Below are positions 9,367 to 18,702 of a stretch of 64,000 nt of DNA, one piece after another. Numbering within the stretch: the stretch's first letter is position 1; every line of letters begins with the position of its first letter. The position numbers and the translations under genes are program-made. The notes under the pieces are model-generated. The model ran no database searches and was not told the DNA's origin. It worked only from the letters and a program-made list of their open reading frames with translations. Origin of the DNA: Planctomycetota bacterium (GTDB taxonomy: Bacteria; Planctomycetota; Phycisphaerae; Sedimentisphaerales; CAYZTY01). The stretch covers positions 3,603-67,602 of the forward strand of contig JBDRHL010000144.1 in NCBI GenBank assembly GCA_043816955.1, written 5' to 3'.

Positions 9367-9660
9367 CTAGAGTCCGGAGGGGGTATCTTTGTTTTCTTCG
9401 TCATCGTCGTCGACTTTCCACTTTTCGGATTCGTCGATGTCTTCGATTTCTTTCTGCATGTATTTGAATATTTTGTCCTGGAGGGGTGCGAGTTTTTCAT
9501 ACCATTTTGTCATGCCCTGGTAACTTGCAGTGAGCATATCGAGCCTGAGGAGCTGCCATTTGAGCAGGCAATCGGGCTCAACGATGTTTGTGAAGGGATC
9601 GCACTTGAAAATTCTCCGGCCATCGGGGCCGATCTGGAAATACGGGCAATCTTTACACTG
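9367..9660 (-). CDS. Hypothetical small Cys4 protein with an acidic tail
   Basis: The ORF starts MQCKDCPYF..KCDPF..PDC and ends in an acidic C-terminus (DIDESEKWKVDDDDEEN). No family recognised. Confidence 0.45.
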   Translation of the reverse strand, partial: QCKDCPYFQIGPDGRRIFKCDPFTNIVEPDCLLKWQLLRLDMLTASYQGMTKWYEKLAPLQDKIFKYMQKEIEDIDESEKWKVDDDDEENKDTPSGL

Positions 9661-9778
9661 CATCACAGGGTCACCATGAAATGTAATGTTAAAAAACAAG
9701 CAGTTCTTGCATTTACAGGTACAAGTATATAGTATGTTCTGGGTTTTATCAAGTTAAAAAGGTTTTTTGGAGGTACGT

Positions 9779-9856
9779 ATGGCAAAATCGAGGCGCAGGC
9801 GCAAGGTAGGCAGCAAGAAGCGACGTGCACGGTCGAAAGTCCGTCACGGTAAATAG
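9779..9856 (+). CDS. Candidate 25-aa Arg/Lys-rich micro-protein (MAKSRRRRKVGSKKRRARSKVRHGK)
   Basis: GGAGG at 9769-9773, a 5-nt spacer, ATG 9779 and TAG 9854-9856. It lies below the ORF-track size cut-off. A promoter-like TTGCAT-17 nt-TAGTAT sits at 9707-9735. Confidence 0.3.
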   Translation: MAKSRRRRKVGSKKRRARSKVRHGK

Positions 9857-9891
9857 TGATATGAGTCCGGCGGGCAGGGCATGGGTATCCG

Positions 9892-11673
9892 ATGAAACAT
9901 TGCATTGTAGTTTTTGAGCCTGAAGGCAAGAGGGTATCGATCCACCGAGGGGCAACGCTCCTGGAGGCGGCGGGTCAGGGGGGTATTATCCTTAACACAT
10001 CGTGCGGGGGTGCGGGGACGTGCGGCAAGTGCAAGGTGCAGATCAGTCCTAGAGGTGATGAGGTTCTTGCGTGTCAGTATATTGTCGAAGAGGATATAAC
10101 GGTTGTGATCAGCGCGGATTCGCGTTTTTTTTATCAGAAGATACTGGAACATGGGGTGGACCGGGAAATCGAATTATGTCCGTGCATGTGCAAGAAGCAT
10201 GTAATCGTTCCATGTGGAAAAAGGCCTGTGGATGTTCTGCGGGACACGTGCGGAGGAGCAGTAATCAATCTGTCGGCAGGAGTAAAAAGCAAGTATGAGC
10301 AGTTAGCCAGTCAAGCCGGTGAGGAGGGGGTAACGACAGTTCTTCGGGGGTGCAGAAGCGAGGATGTGAGCTATGAGATGATCGATGCGGAGGCAGGTGA
10401 TACTCGCGGGCGGATATTCGGCGCAGCGGTTGATATCGGGACGACGACGGTAGTTGCGCGGCTTGTGGATATGACAACGGGCGAGGCGGCAGCAACGGCG
10501 GCGGGGTCAAATCCGCAGAGCAAATACGGGGACGACGTTGTCAGCAGGATTTCCTACGGTCAAAGTGAAAAAGGGCTGGCAGAACTGCGGGGGCTGATAG
10601 TGGGGTGTATTAACGAGCTTGTGGAAGAGTTGTGTGAAAAGGGCAAGTGCAGGTGTGATGAGATATACGAAGTAGCGGCAGCGGGGAACACGACGATGAA
10701 TCATATTTTCCTGGGGCTTCCGATCAAGCAGCTTGGGCAGGCTCCATATTCGGCGTACTCGGTTGCAGCATATGACAGGGGGGTTGAGGAGAGCGGGCTG
10801 CGGATCAATGCCGGGGGTAATGTGCATACGATTGAGAATATCGCAGGGTTTGTGGGATCGGATACGACGGCAGCAGCGGTAGCTGTGGGGATGGATATGG
10901 CAGAAGCGATGACGCTGGTTATTGATATCGGCACAAACGGGGAGGTGATACTCGGCACGAAGGATAAGCTTCTTGCGGCGAGCTGTGCGGCAGGGCCTGC
11001 CCTGGAGGGTGCACGGATACATCACGGCAGCAGGGCGGTTGACGGCGCGATAGAGCGTGTGGTTCTTAACGGGGGGGATATTGACGTGGATGTAATCGGG
11101 GGGGGAGATGCGCGATCGATATGCGGCAGCGGTCTGATTGATGCGGCAGCGGTGCTCCTGGAGGTTGGGGTGATAGATTCGACAGGACGTTTTGTTGATC
11201 CAGCGGGGCTGAAGGGCAAGGTTGGGGAGAAGATTCTGCGGCGACTGATAAGATTCGAGGGTGGCCGGGCGTTTGTGCTGGCAGGTGAGGGGGCTGGTAA
11301 GCGAGGAAGTGTTTTTTTGACGCAGAAGGACATTCGGGAGCTTCAGCTTGCAAAGGGTGCGATCCGGGCAGGCATCAAGCTGCTTCAGGAGAGGATGGGG
11401 GTAAAGGATGAGGATATCAGCCAGGTGCTTCTGGCGGGTGCGTTTGGTAATTATATTCAGCGTAAGAGTGCGCTTCGTATAGGGCTTTTGCCGCAGATTC
11501 CGGTGGAGCGGATTAAATTTGTAGGAAATGCGGCGAGCAGCGGTGCCCAGATGGTGCTGGTGAGCAGTCAATGCCGGGCACTAGCGGGTGAGTTGTCGAA
11601 GAAGATTGAGTATGTGGAGATAGGACATATGCCTGAGTTTCAGATGGCTTTTGCGGAATCGATGTTATTTTAA
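9892..11673 (+). CDS. 2Fe-2S ferredoxin / ASKHA-fold ATPase fusion (RACo/AcsV-like corrinoid reductive activator, DUF4445)
   Basis: The N-terminus has a plant-type ferredoxin Cys cluster (CGGAGTCGKCKV...C). This is followed by DIGTTT and IDIGTNGE phosphate-binding motifs of the ASKHA fold. Confidence 0.8.
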   Translation: MKHCIVVFEPEGKRVSIHRGATLLEAAGQGGIILNTSCGGAGTCGKCKVQISPRGDEVLACQYIVEEDITVVISADSRFFYQKILEHGVDREIELCPCMCKKHVIVPCGKRPVDVLRDTCGGAVINLSAGVKSKYEQLASQAGEEGVTTVLRGCRSEDVSYEMIDAEAGDTRGRIFGAAVDIGTTTVVARLVDMTTGEAAATAAGSNPQSKYGDDVVSRISYGQSEKGLAELRGLIVGCINELVEELCEKGKCRCDEIYEVAAAGNTTMNHIFLGLPIKQLGQAPYSAYSVAAYDRGVEESGLRINAGGNVHTIENIAGFVGSDTTAAAVAVGMDMAEAMTLVIDIGTNGEVILGTKDKLLAASCAAGPALEGARIHHGSRAVDGAIERVVLNGGDIDVDVIGGGDARSICGSGLIDAAAVLLEVGVIDSTGRFVDPAGLKGKVGEKILRRLIRFEGGRAFVLAGEGAGKRGSVFLTQKDIRELQLAKGAIRAGIKLLQERMGVKDEDISQVLLAGAFGNYIQRKSALRIGLLPQIPVERIKFVGNAASSGAQMVLVSSQCRALAGELSKKIEYVEIGHMPEFQMAFAESMLF

Positions 11674-11680
11674 GAGAGTT

Positions 11681-12715
11681 ATGGAGTATCTGATCCCGGA
11701 GTGGTGGTTTGAGGAGCTTGCGGGGACAGGCATGTGGCTTGTTTTTGTAGCTCTTGTTTTAAGTTTTGCAATCCTGACAAAGGGCGCAGACTGGTTTGTG
11801 GACGGTGCGAGCGGTCTTGCGGTCTGTTCCGGTATTCCGAAGATAATCATCGGAGCAACAATCGTGAGCATCGGGACTACGAGCAGCGAGGCAGCGGTAT
11901 CGGTGATGGCGGCGTTCAGAGGACATTCAGGCCTAGCACTGGGCAACGGGATCGGGTCGGTGATTTGTAATACGGGTTTTATATTCGGGCTGTGCTGCTG
12001 CGTGACGGTTCTGCCGGCGGACAGGTTCATACTGGCGAGGCAGGGATGGGTGCAGTTTGGGTCGGGTGCAGCGTTTGCAGCGTTGTGCTATGTGCTTGCT
12101 GCATTGGGTGTGTTTTCAATCGGCAGAGTGGTTGGAGCGGTACTGCTTGGGGGGCTTTTGTGGTATATGGCTATGTCGGTGCGGTGGGCGCGGCAGCATA
12201 ATCGACAGAACATCGCAAGCGTTTTGAATAACGTGTCGGAACGGTCGAGGAGCAAGATACTGAAGTTTTTGCTGTTATTTGCGGGCGGTCTTGGCCTGGT
12301 GCTTGTCGGCAGCAAGGGGTTGATAGGTTCGGCAAATCAGATATGCCGTTACTACGGAGTGCCTGAGTCTATTATAGCAGCGACGATAGTTGCTTTCGGG
12401 ACAAGTCTGCCGGAGCTGGCGACAGCGATTACCAGTATCAGGAAGGGGCATAAGGAACTGCTTTTAGGTAATATTATCGGTGCGAATATTCTGAATATTC
12501 TTTTTGTTATCGGCGCGTCTGCGGCAGTTACGGATCTGTCGATTTCCCGTCCGTTTTATGTGATTCACCTGCCGGTGCTTGCAGTGATACTGATTCTGTT
12601 TTGTATATATGCGATGACGAGCAGGACGAGCTTTCGCCGGTGGTACGGCGTGCCGCTGCTGGTTATTTACGTGGGGTATGTTGTACTACAGTACGTTGTT
12701 CGGATAGGCTCTTAG
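11681..12715 (+). CDS. Ca2+/Na+ antiporter (CaCA/YrbG family)
   Basis: About 10 TM helices and two alpha-repeats (GNGIGSVICNTGFIFG and GNIIGANILNILFVIG). ATG 11681 follows the upstream stop at 11671-11673. Confidence 0.85.
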   Translation: MEYLIPEWWFEELAGTGMWLVFVALVLSFAILTKGADWFVDGASGLAVCSGIPKIIIGATIVSIGTTSSEAAVSVMAAFRGHSGLALGNGIGSVICNTGFIFGLCCCVTVLPADRFILARQGWVQFGSGAAFAALCYVLAALGVFSIGRVVGAVLLGGLLWYMAMSVRWARQHNRQNIASVLNNVSERSRSKILKFLLLFAGGLGLVLVGSKGLIGSANQICRYYGVPESIIAATIVAFGTSLPELATAITSIRKGHKELLLGNIIGANILNILFVIGASAAVTDLSISRPFYVIHLPVLAVILILFCIYAMTSRTSFRRWYGVPLLVIYVGYVVLQYVVRIGS

Positions 12716-13956
12716 AGTTTGCCGATTATAAGGCAGGCGTTATGTCCGCCAAAGCCGAAGGAGTTGCTCATAACAGTATTGAGCTTTGCCTGTCGTGCAT
12801 ATTTAGGGACAAAATCCATTTTTGAATCGCATCTTTCGTCAACATTATCGAGATTTATCGTGGGTGGTATGGTTTGCTGTTCGATTGCCTTGGCAGCAGC
12901 GATGAGCTCGACAGCACCGCTGGCTCCAAGCTGGTGGCCCAGGCAGCTTTTTGTGGAACTGACAGCAAGCTTATAGGCATATTGCTTAAAGACGGTACTG
13001 ATAGCGGAGGCCTCGGCAATATCATTAAGCTCGGTGCTTGTGCCGTGCGCGTTTATATAGTCGATGTTTTCCTCGGAGATGCCGGCGTTTTGTAGAGCAA
13101 GCTGCATGGTCCTGGCAGCCCCTTTGCCATCAGGAATAGGAGCGGTGATATGGTGGGCATCATCTGTGGCGGCATAGCCGAGGAGTTCAGCGTAGATTTT
13201 TGCGTTTCGTTTTTTTGCGTGTTGAAGCTCTTCAAGTATAAGGACGCCTGCACCTTCGGCAAGGACGAAGCCGTCCCGATCCCTATCAAAAGGCCTGGAG
13301 GCAATTTGGGGGGTATCGTTTTTAGTACTAAGTGACTTCAGTGCACAGAATGAGGCAAGCCCGACTGGTGTTACGGCAGCTTCGGAACCGCCTGTGATCA
13401 TAATGTCGGATCTGCCGGTAATGATAGAATAATAAGCTTCCCCGATAGCATGGCTTCCGGATGCGCATGCGCTGACGATGCAGATATTCGGTCCCTGCAG
13501 TCCGTACATGATTGCGATTGAGCCGCCGGCGGCGTTTCCCATAAGCTTTGGGACGCAGAAGGGTGAGACTTTGCCCGGGCCTTTTTCAAGGAGCCTGATG
13601 TGCTGCTCTTCGATTTCCTTTATGCCTCCGATGCCAGTTCCGATAATAGCTCCCATTCTTGTCGAGTCTTCATTCGGGAAGTCGATGCCGGAATCTTTTA
13701 CGGCCTGAACGGCGGAAGCAACGGCGAACTGGGTGAACCTGTCCATTCGCTTTCCATCCCGCTGAGGGATGTAATTTTCGATTTTGAAGCTTTTTACTTC
13801 TCCGCCAAATCTGACGGTAAATTCGGAGGCATCAAAGAGATCAATTGGTCCAACACCGCTTTTTCCATGAATGAGTGCGTCGAAAAGTTCGTCTGGTGAT
13901 TCACCCAAGGCGGTAACGCAACCCAGGCCGGTAATGGCGACTCGCCGTTTATCCAT
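12712..13956 (-). CDS. fabF: 3-oxoacyl-ACP synthase II
   Basis: RRVAITGLG, active-site ACASG, HGTST and NSFGFGGHN motifs. Confidence 0.95.
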   Translation of the reverse strand: MDKRRVAITGLGCVTALGESPDELFDALIHGKSGVGPIDLFDASEFTVRFGGEVKSFKIENYIPQRDGKRMDRFTQFAVASAVQAVKDSGIDFPNEDSTRMGAIIGTGIGGIKEIEEQHIRLLEKGPGKVSPFCVPKLMGNAAGGSIAIMYGLQGPNICIVSACASGSHAIGEAYYSIITGRSDIMITGGSEAAVTPVGLASFCALKSLSTKNDTPQIASRPFDRDRDGFVLAEGAGVLILEELQHAKKRNAKIYAELLGYAATDDAHHITAPIPDGKGAARTMQLALQNAGISEENIDYINAHGTSTELNDIAEASAISTVFKQYAYKLAVSSTKSCLGHQLGASGAVELIAAAKAIEQQTIPPTINLDNVDERCDSKMDFVPKYARQAKLNTVMSNSFGFGGHNACLIIGKL

Positions 13957-13970
13957 GATTGGTTAATTGC

Positions 13971-14240
13971 CTAATTTTCTTTTTTTGATTTTGCTACATT
14001 GACAATGTAATCGATAGCGGCCCCAACGGTCTGAATTTTTTCAGCTTCTTCGTCCGGGATGCTCATGTCGAACTCATCTTCAAACTCCATAACAAGTTCG
14101 ACCGTATCGAGGGAATCGGCATTTAGGTCATTGATGAACGATGTTTCCCTTGTTATTTCGGACTTGTCGACACCCATTTGCTCACTGATGATATCGATAA
14201 CCTTTGTTTCAATCTGATGCACATCTACATCTGCGCCCAC
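13971..14240 (-). CDS. acpP: Acyl carrier protein
   Basis: [20 protein letters not shown] contains the phosphopantetheine DSL site. A GTG start at 14240 follows AAGGAGG by 6 nt. The track's longer start at 14276 has no SD. Confidence 0.9.
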   Translation of the reverse strand: MGADVDVHQIETKVIDIISEQMGVDKSEITRETSFINDLNADSLDTVELVMEFEDEFDMSIPDEEAEKIQTVGAAIDYIVNVAKSKKEN

Positions 14241-14368
14241 TTGTGTACCTCCTTGTGAGTTAAGACATTTTATCACAGTTATTTACGTTTGTACAGTTAA
14301 TCCGGTATCACATTCGAGGGGTACTATACCTATGTGCCCGGAAAGTTTCAAACAATTTTTTTTGATTT

Positions 14369-15106
14369 TTACATTGCCATTCCGCCGTCAACACAGAGGA
14401 CCTGGCCAGTGATATAGCCGGAATCGTCGTGAGCGAGAAAGGCAATAGCTTTGGCGACATCTTCGACGGTGCCGAATTTTCTGGCAGGAATCATCTGTTT
14501 TGCGGCATCCTTGACGGGTTCAGGCAGAACGTCAGTCATATCGGTGATAATAAAGCCCGGCGCGACGCAGTTTACGGTAATATTTTTCTTTGCGACCTCT
14601 CTAGCGAGGGATTTTGACATGCCGATGAGTGCAGCTTTGCTTGCGGCATAATTGCTCTGGCCGGCGTTTCCCATAACAGCGGCTACAGAACTTAATGAAA
14701 TAATTCTACCGAACCTGTTTTTAATCATTGATCTAAGGGCGAATTTAGCGGCAAAGTAAGCGGCACGGAAATTTACATTCATAACCTTGTCGAGGTCCTG
14801 TTCGCTCATTTGCATCATAAGGCCGTCACGTGTAATTCCGGCGTTGTTTACGAGTATTGCGATTCCGCCGTGTTCCTGTGCGAGCTGGTCAATTGCCTGG
14901 CCGAGTTGTGCAGTGTCGGTAATGTCCAGACATTTCGTTATAACGGAATAGCCGGCGTTTTTAACGACAACCTGGAGCTCATCAAGGAGTTCCTGGTTAA
15001 TATCAAGGCCTGCGACGATTCTTCCCTGCTGGAGCAGCTGGATTACGGTTGCGCGACCAATTCCCCTGGCAGCACCGGTTACAACAGCCAAATTTTGCTC
15101 TGACAT
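14369..15106 (-). CDS. fabG: 3-oxoacyl-ACP reductase
   Basis: SDR motifs TGAARGIG, NNAG and YAASKAA, plus operon context. Confidence 0.95.
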   Translation of the reverse strand: MSEQNLAVVTGAARGIGRATVIQLLQQGRIVAGLDINQELLDELQVVVKNAGYSVITKCLDITDTAQLGQAIDQLAQEHGGIAILVNNAGITRDGLMMQMSEQDLDKVMNVNFRAAYFAAKFALRSMIKNRFGRIISLSSVAAVMGNAGQSNYAASKAALIGMSKSLAREVAKKNITVNCVAPGFIITDMTDVLPEPVKDAAKQMIPARKFGTVEDVAKAIAFLAHDDSGYITGQVLCVDGGMAM

Positions 15107-15159
15107 TGTTTTGATCTCCTTATCCGGCAGCTTAGTCTTCTCAAACGCGGCGCCGTATT

Positions 15160-16107
15160 CTATATCAACTGATCGAGAGATTGCAAATCACTTATGTTGA
15201 AGACCTTAGTTTTTCTGCTTATTTTTTTCATAAGGCCTGTGAGCACCCTGCCTGGTCCGATTTCATAAAACTGTTCGATACCGTCAGTTAGGAGTTTTTC
15301 CATACATTTCTGCCAGAAGATCGGCTGGACGAGCTGTGTGGTCAGGCCATCGGCGATCTGCTGGGGTGAGGTATAATATTGCGCATTTATGTTGGCGATT
15401 ATCCTGGTATTGGCGGGCGGGCGGATGTTGATACTGCTGATAGCCTGTGCAAGCGAGTTTGCAGCGGGCGTCATCATCGAAGTATGGAAGGCACCTGCTA
15501 CCTTGAGTTTGACAGCTTTGATTGCGCCATATTTTTCGGCAAGTTCAACAGCTCTGCTACATGGTTCGAGTTCCCCTGACAGAACGATCTGGCCTGGGCA
15601 GTTGAAGTTTGCGGGCACCAACAGGTCGCCTTGTGCAGCTTCGGAGCAGAGCTGTATCGCTTTTTCTTCATCGAGTCCGAGGATTGTTACCATGGCCCCA
15701 GCAGATGCGTCTGCGGCGGCCTGCATGGCGCTGGCGCGTTTTTGGACGAGGGTCAAAGCATCGTCGAAGGTCATAACGCCAGCGGCATAAAGGGCGGTGT
15801 ATTCACCGAGGCTCAGGCCTGCGGTAACAGCAGGTTTTTTTTGAAACGCGGGGGATTTTGTTTTTAGGACTTCGAGAATTGCAGCACTTGTCAGGAAGAT
15901 GGCCGGCTGGGAAATGCTGGTGGCGTTGAGCTTTTCTTCAGGGCCATGAAAGCAGATATCCGCAAGATCGTATCCAAGGATGCTGCCAGCTTTTTCGAAA
16001 AGCTGCGCGGCTTCGCGGTGGGCGTGTACAATATCCTTTGCCATGCCGACGGTCTGTGCACCCTGGCCTGGAAAGATAAAAGCAGTTTTTTCATCAGTTA
16101 TAATCAT
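15160..16107 (-). CDS. fabD: Malonyl-CoA:ACP transacylase
   Basis: FIFPGQGAQ and GLSLGEY motifs. I took ATG 16107 as the start. The track's 40-aa Arg-rich N-extension overlaps fabH. Confidence 0.9.
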   Translation of the reverse strand: MIITDEKTAFIFPGQGAQTVGMAKDIVHAHREAAQLFEKAGSILGYDLADICFHGPEEKLNATSISQPAIFLTSAAILEVLKTKSPAFQKKPAVTAGLSLGEYTALYAAGVMTFDDALTLVQKRASAMQAAADASAGAMVTILGLDEEKAIQLCSEAAQGDLLVPANFNCPGQIVLSGELEPCSRAVELAEKYGAIKAVKLKVAGAFHTSMMTPAANSLAQAISSINIRPPANTRIIANINAQYYTSPQQIADGLTTQLVQPIFWQKCMEKLLTDGIEQFYEIGPGRVLTGLMKKISRKTKVFNISDLQSLDQLI

Positions 16108-16130
16108 TTTTTGCAAGAAAATCCGGTTTG

Positions 16131-17150
16131 TCAGACTTCGACGATAGTAGCGCCCCAGGTAAGGCCTGCCCCAAAAGCGACGAGAATGACGACGTCGCCG
16201 CGGCGGATTCTGCCCTGTTTTCTGCACTCGTCAAAAGCAAGTGGTATGGAGGCGGCAGAAGTATTTCCATAATTAGTGATATTGATGAATACTTTTTCAT
16301 CTGGAAGACAGAGTCTTTTGGCGGCGGATTCAATGATCCTGGCGTTCATCTGGTGTGATACCACCATATCTATGTCATCGACGGTAAGGCCGCAGTGCTC
16401 GAGGCAGTCGGTAACAAGCTCGACAATTCTTCTGACAGCGAGCTGGTAAACTTCCCTGCCTTGTATCTGCATGTATTTTTTGTCCGGGTCATCAAGTTCG
16501 CGGTTTGCAGGATGTCGTGATCCGTAAGCCTGGCAGTTAAGAGCTTTCCAGTGCCTGCCGTCCGAGGCGAGTCTGCTGTAAATTACTCCTCTGCGGCCGT
16601 CTTCGGCTCGTTGGAGCACTGCTGCCCCTGCGGCATCGCCGAAGAGTATGCAGCTTGTCCGGTCCTGGTAATTAGTGATCTTGCTTAATGTTTCTGCACC
16701 TATTACGAGGGCGTTTTTGTATTTTCCCGCGGCGATAAACTGATGGACAATCTCAAGTGCGTATACGAATCCACTACAGGCGGCAGCGATGTCAAAGGCA
16801 AAGGCATTTGTGGCGTGGAGATTTCTCTGGACGAAGCAGGCAGTTGAGGGGAAAACCATTTCGGGCGTGATAGTAGCCACGATGATCAGATCAAGTTCGG
16901 CGGCGCTGAGACGGGCGTCGAGGAGAGCTTTTTTGGCCGCTTCAGTAGCCAGGGTAGCGGTGGACTCATTATCAGCAGCGATATGGCGTACTTTTATGCC
17001 TGTTCTTGTAGTGATCCAGTCGTCAGATGTATCTACCATTCTGGTGAAGTCGTCATTTGTAAGGACCTTGAGAGGGGCAAAAGAGCCTGTTCCAGTGATG
17101 ATGGCACGATATGGAGCGGTATCCTCAGGGAATGGAGCCTTATTCATCAC
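16131..17150 (-). CDS. fabH: 3-oxoacyl-ACP synthase III
   Basis: AAACSGF active-site Cys, HQMN, GNTSAASIP and a C-terminal GAGLTWGA motif. Confidence 0.95.
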   Translation of the reverse strand: MMNKAPFPEDTAPYRAIITGTGSFAPLKVLTNDDFTRMVDTSDDWITTRTGIKVRHIAADNESTATLATEAAKKALLDARLSAAELDLIIVATITPEMVFPSTACFVQRNLHATNAFAFDIAAACSGFVYALEIVHQFIAAGKYKNALVIGAETLSKITNYQDRTSCILFGDAAGAAVLQRAEDGRRGVIYSRLASDGRHWKALNCQAYGSRHPANRELDDPDKKYMQIQGREVYQLAVRRIVELVTDCLEHCGLTVDDIDMVVSHQMNARIIESAAKRLCLPDEKVFINITNYGNTSAASIPLAFDECRKQGRIRRGDVVILVAFGAGLTWGATIVEV

Positions 17151-18153
17151 AGGCCTTTACAGAACTATCGGACAGATGTTTACCGATATGGTCGTTAACC
17201 TTTATAGTGTGAAACTTTCTGGCGGCAAGGATGGCGTTTTTTATAGTTCTGCTTTTGCTTGCACCATGGCAGATTAGGGCAGTTCCATTTACGCCGAGCA
17301 GGAGAGCACCGCCATATTCATGGTAGTCATATTTTTTGTATATTCTGGTCATAATGGGCTTGAACTTCATGGCGAGGCGAAGTTTTTCCTGCTGGAGCTC
17401 AAATTTAATTGCCTTGAACAATCCATCAACGAGTCCTTCGGTAAGCTTAAGCACGACATTTCCAACGAAGCCGTCACAAACGGCGACATCACAGATCCCC
17501 TTGAAGATATCTGTTCCTTCTATGTTTCCGATGAAATTGAGTTTTGTGTCCGACTTTATCATTTCGCGTGCTTTTTTTACGATTTCGTTTCCCTTGGCGT
17601 CCTCCTGCCCGATGCTCATTACCCCGATTCTTGGGTTTTCTATGCCAAGCAGGTGTCTTGAATACATCAAAGCCATAACAGCATACTGGTAAAGGTTTAT
17701 GGGTTTGCAGGCAATGTTGGCGCCGACGTCACACATTGTGACCGGTCCTTCAAAGGTGGGGAAGACAACGGCGATTCCGGGTCTGTTTACAAGGGGCAGG
17801 TTTCTCATTCTCATCTGACATGCGGCGACGCAGGCCCCTGTATTTCCAGCAGAGATAACGGCGTCGGCCTGACCTTCGGAGGCGAGTTTTGCCATGACCG
17901 CTATTGAGCTGTGTTTTTTCTTCCGAAGGGCGTCAATGGGGGTCTCATCCATAGTGATGATTTCGGGCGCATCCACTATTCGAACGGCCCTGGGCCGATG
18001 TTCGAGCAAGGGCAGGTGATCCTCAAGGGTCTGCTGAACTCCTATCAGAATCAACTCATCATCCGGGGAGAGTGCGTCGACGGCTTCCAGTGCTCCTGCG
18101 ACTATTTCATCGGGGGCATTATCGCCACCCATTGCGTCTATTGCGATTCGCAT
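17140..18153 (-). CDS. plsX: Phosphate acyltransferase
   Basis: MRIAIDAMGGD..P and GAL.LG..G....HG.S motifs. The position between rpmF and fabH is the conserved one. Confidence 0.95.
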   Translation of the reverse strand: MRIAIDAMGGDNAPDEIVAGALEAVDALSPDDELILIGVQQTLEDHLPLLEHRPRAVRIVDAPEIITMDETPIDALRKKKHSSIAVMAKLASEGQADAVISAGNTGACVAACQMRMRNLPLVNRPGIAVVFPTFEGPVTMCDVGANIACKPINLYQYAVMALMYSRHLLGIENPRIGVMSIGQEDAKGNEIVKKAREMIKSDTKLNFIGNIEGTDIFKGICDVAVCDGFVGNVVLKLTEGLVDGLFKAIKFELQQEKLRLAMKFKPIMTRIYKKYDYHEYGGALLLGVNGTALICHGASKSRTIKNAILAARKFHTIKVNDHIGKHLSDSSVKACDE

Positions 18154-18155
18154 TT

Positions 18156-18344
18156 TCAGCTCGTTTCCTCCTTGGCGAGCTTGAGCGTAATTTTGGGATT
18201 AACATATCCGCAATTAGAACACGAAGCATGAGGCAATTTTGCATTGTCACACCGGGGGCAGACGGAATAGTTAACCGGTTTGAGCCGATGGTGGCTGCGG
18301 CGTGTTCTGGTTCTGCTCCTGCTGGTTTTTTTTACCGGCAACAT
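18156..18344 (-). CDS. rpmF: 50S ribosomal protein L32
   Basis: PVKKTSRSRTRTRRSHH...CP.C......H..C..CG. Confidence 0.95.
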   Translation of the reverse strand: MLPVKKTSRSRTRTRRSHHRLKPVNYSVCPRCDNAKLPHASCSNCGYVNPKITLKLAKEETS

Positions 18345-18702
18345 AGGTAATTAACTCCACAAATGACCAAGAATCAGTAACGGAAACAGGATTAAATAGT
18401 TAATTGGGGGATGATTGTCAAGGGAAATTTGTTAAAGAGTGGGGGGTGAAATTTCGGTCAGGTGAGGGGCGTTAAGGAGGTCGGGAGAGCAGGGGGGTTT
18501 CATTAAAAGGAATAAGGCGATGGCTATTATCGAGATAGTTTTTAAGGATCAAGCCTGATGCGGAGCAACTATTTGATCTTCAGGTTTAGTTTTATGGTTG
18601 AAATATTTTTCTCAATAGGGTAAAAACAGTGATAGTGTACGGCGGTTTTGCGTGATATAATTAATTTTTTGCATAAATGCATAGATTTCTGGGTTTTATA
18701 TT

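Noticed and set aside
10507-11571. Long antisense ORFs of 300-350 aa opposite well-supported genes: 10507-11571(-), 38944-39990(-), 43078-44124(-), 47567-48496(-), 46620-47333(-) and 50755-51666(+).
   Set aside because: Each lies entirely inside a gene with clear family motifs on the other strand. Their translations are low-complexity (rich in R/P/S/C/H) with no recognisable motifs or SD. They are shadow ORFs typical of moderately GC-rich coding DNA.
12712-12715. Convergent CaCA and fabF genes overlap by 4 nt. Their stop codons interlock (TAG on + at 12713-12715, TAA on - at 12712-12714), leaving no room for terminators.
   Set aside because: The overlap is real in the sequence but is a common consequence of compact genomes. 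No specific function can be argued.
18345-18702. The 358-nt gap upstream of rpmF, where many bacteria encode yceD/DUF177. It contains G-runs and, on the minus strand, a TTGACA-17 nt-TATTTA promoter-like element (plus-strand coordinates 18393-18421).
   Set aside because: There is no ORF of 60 aa or more on the minus strand, so yceD appears absent here. The promoter guess has a weak -10 and cannot be verified from sequence alone.
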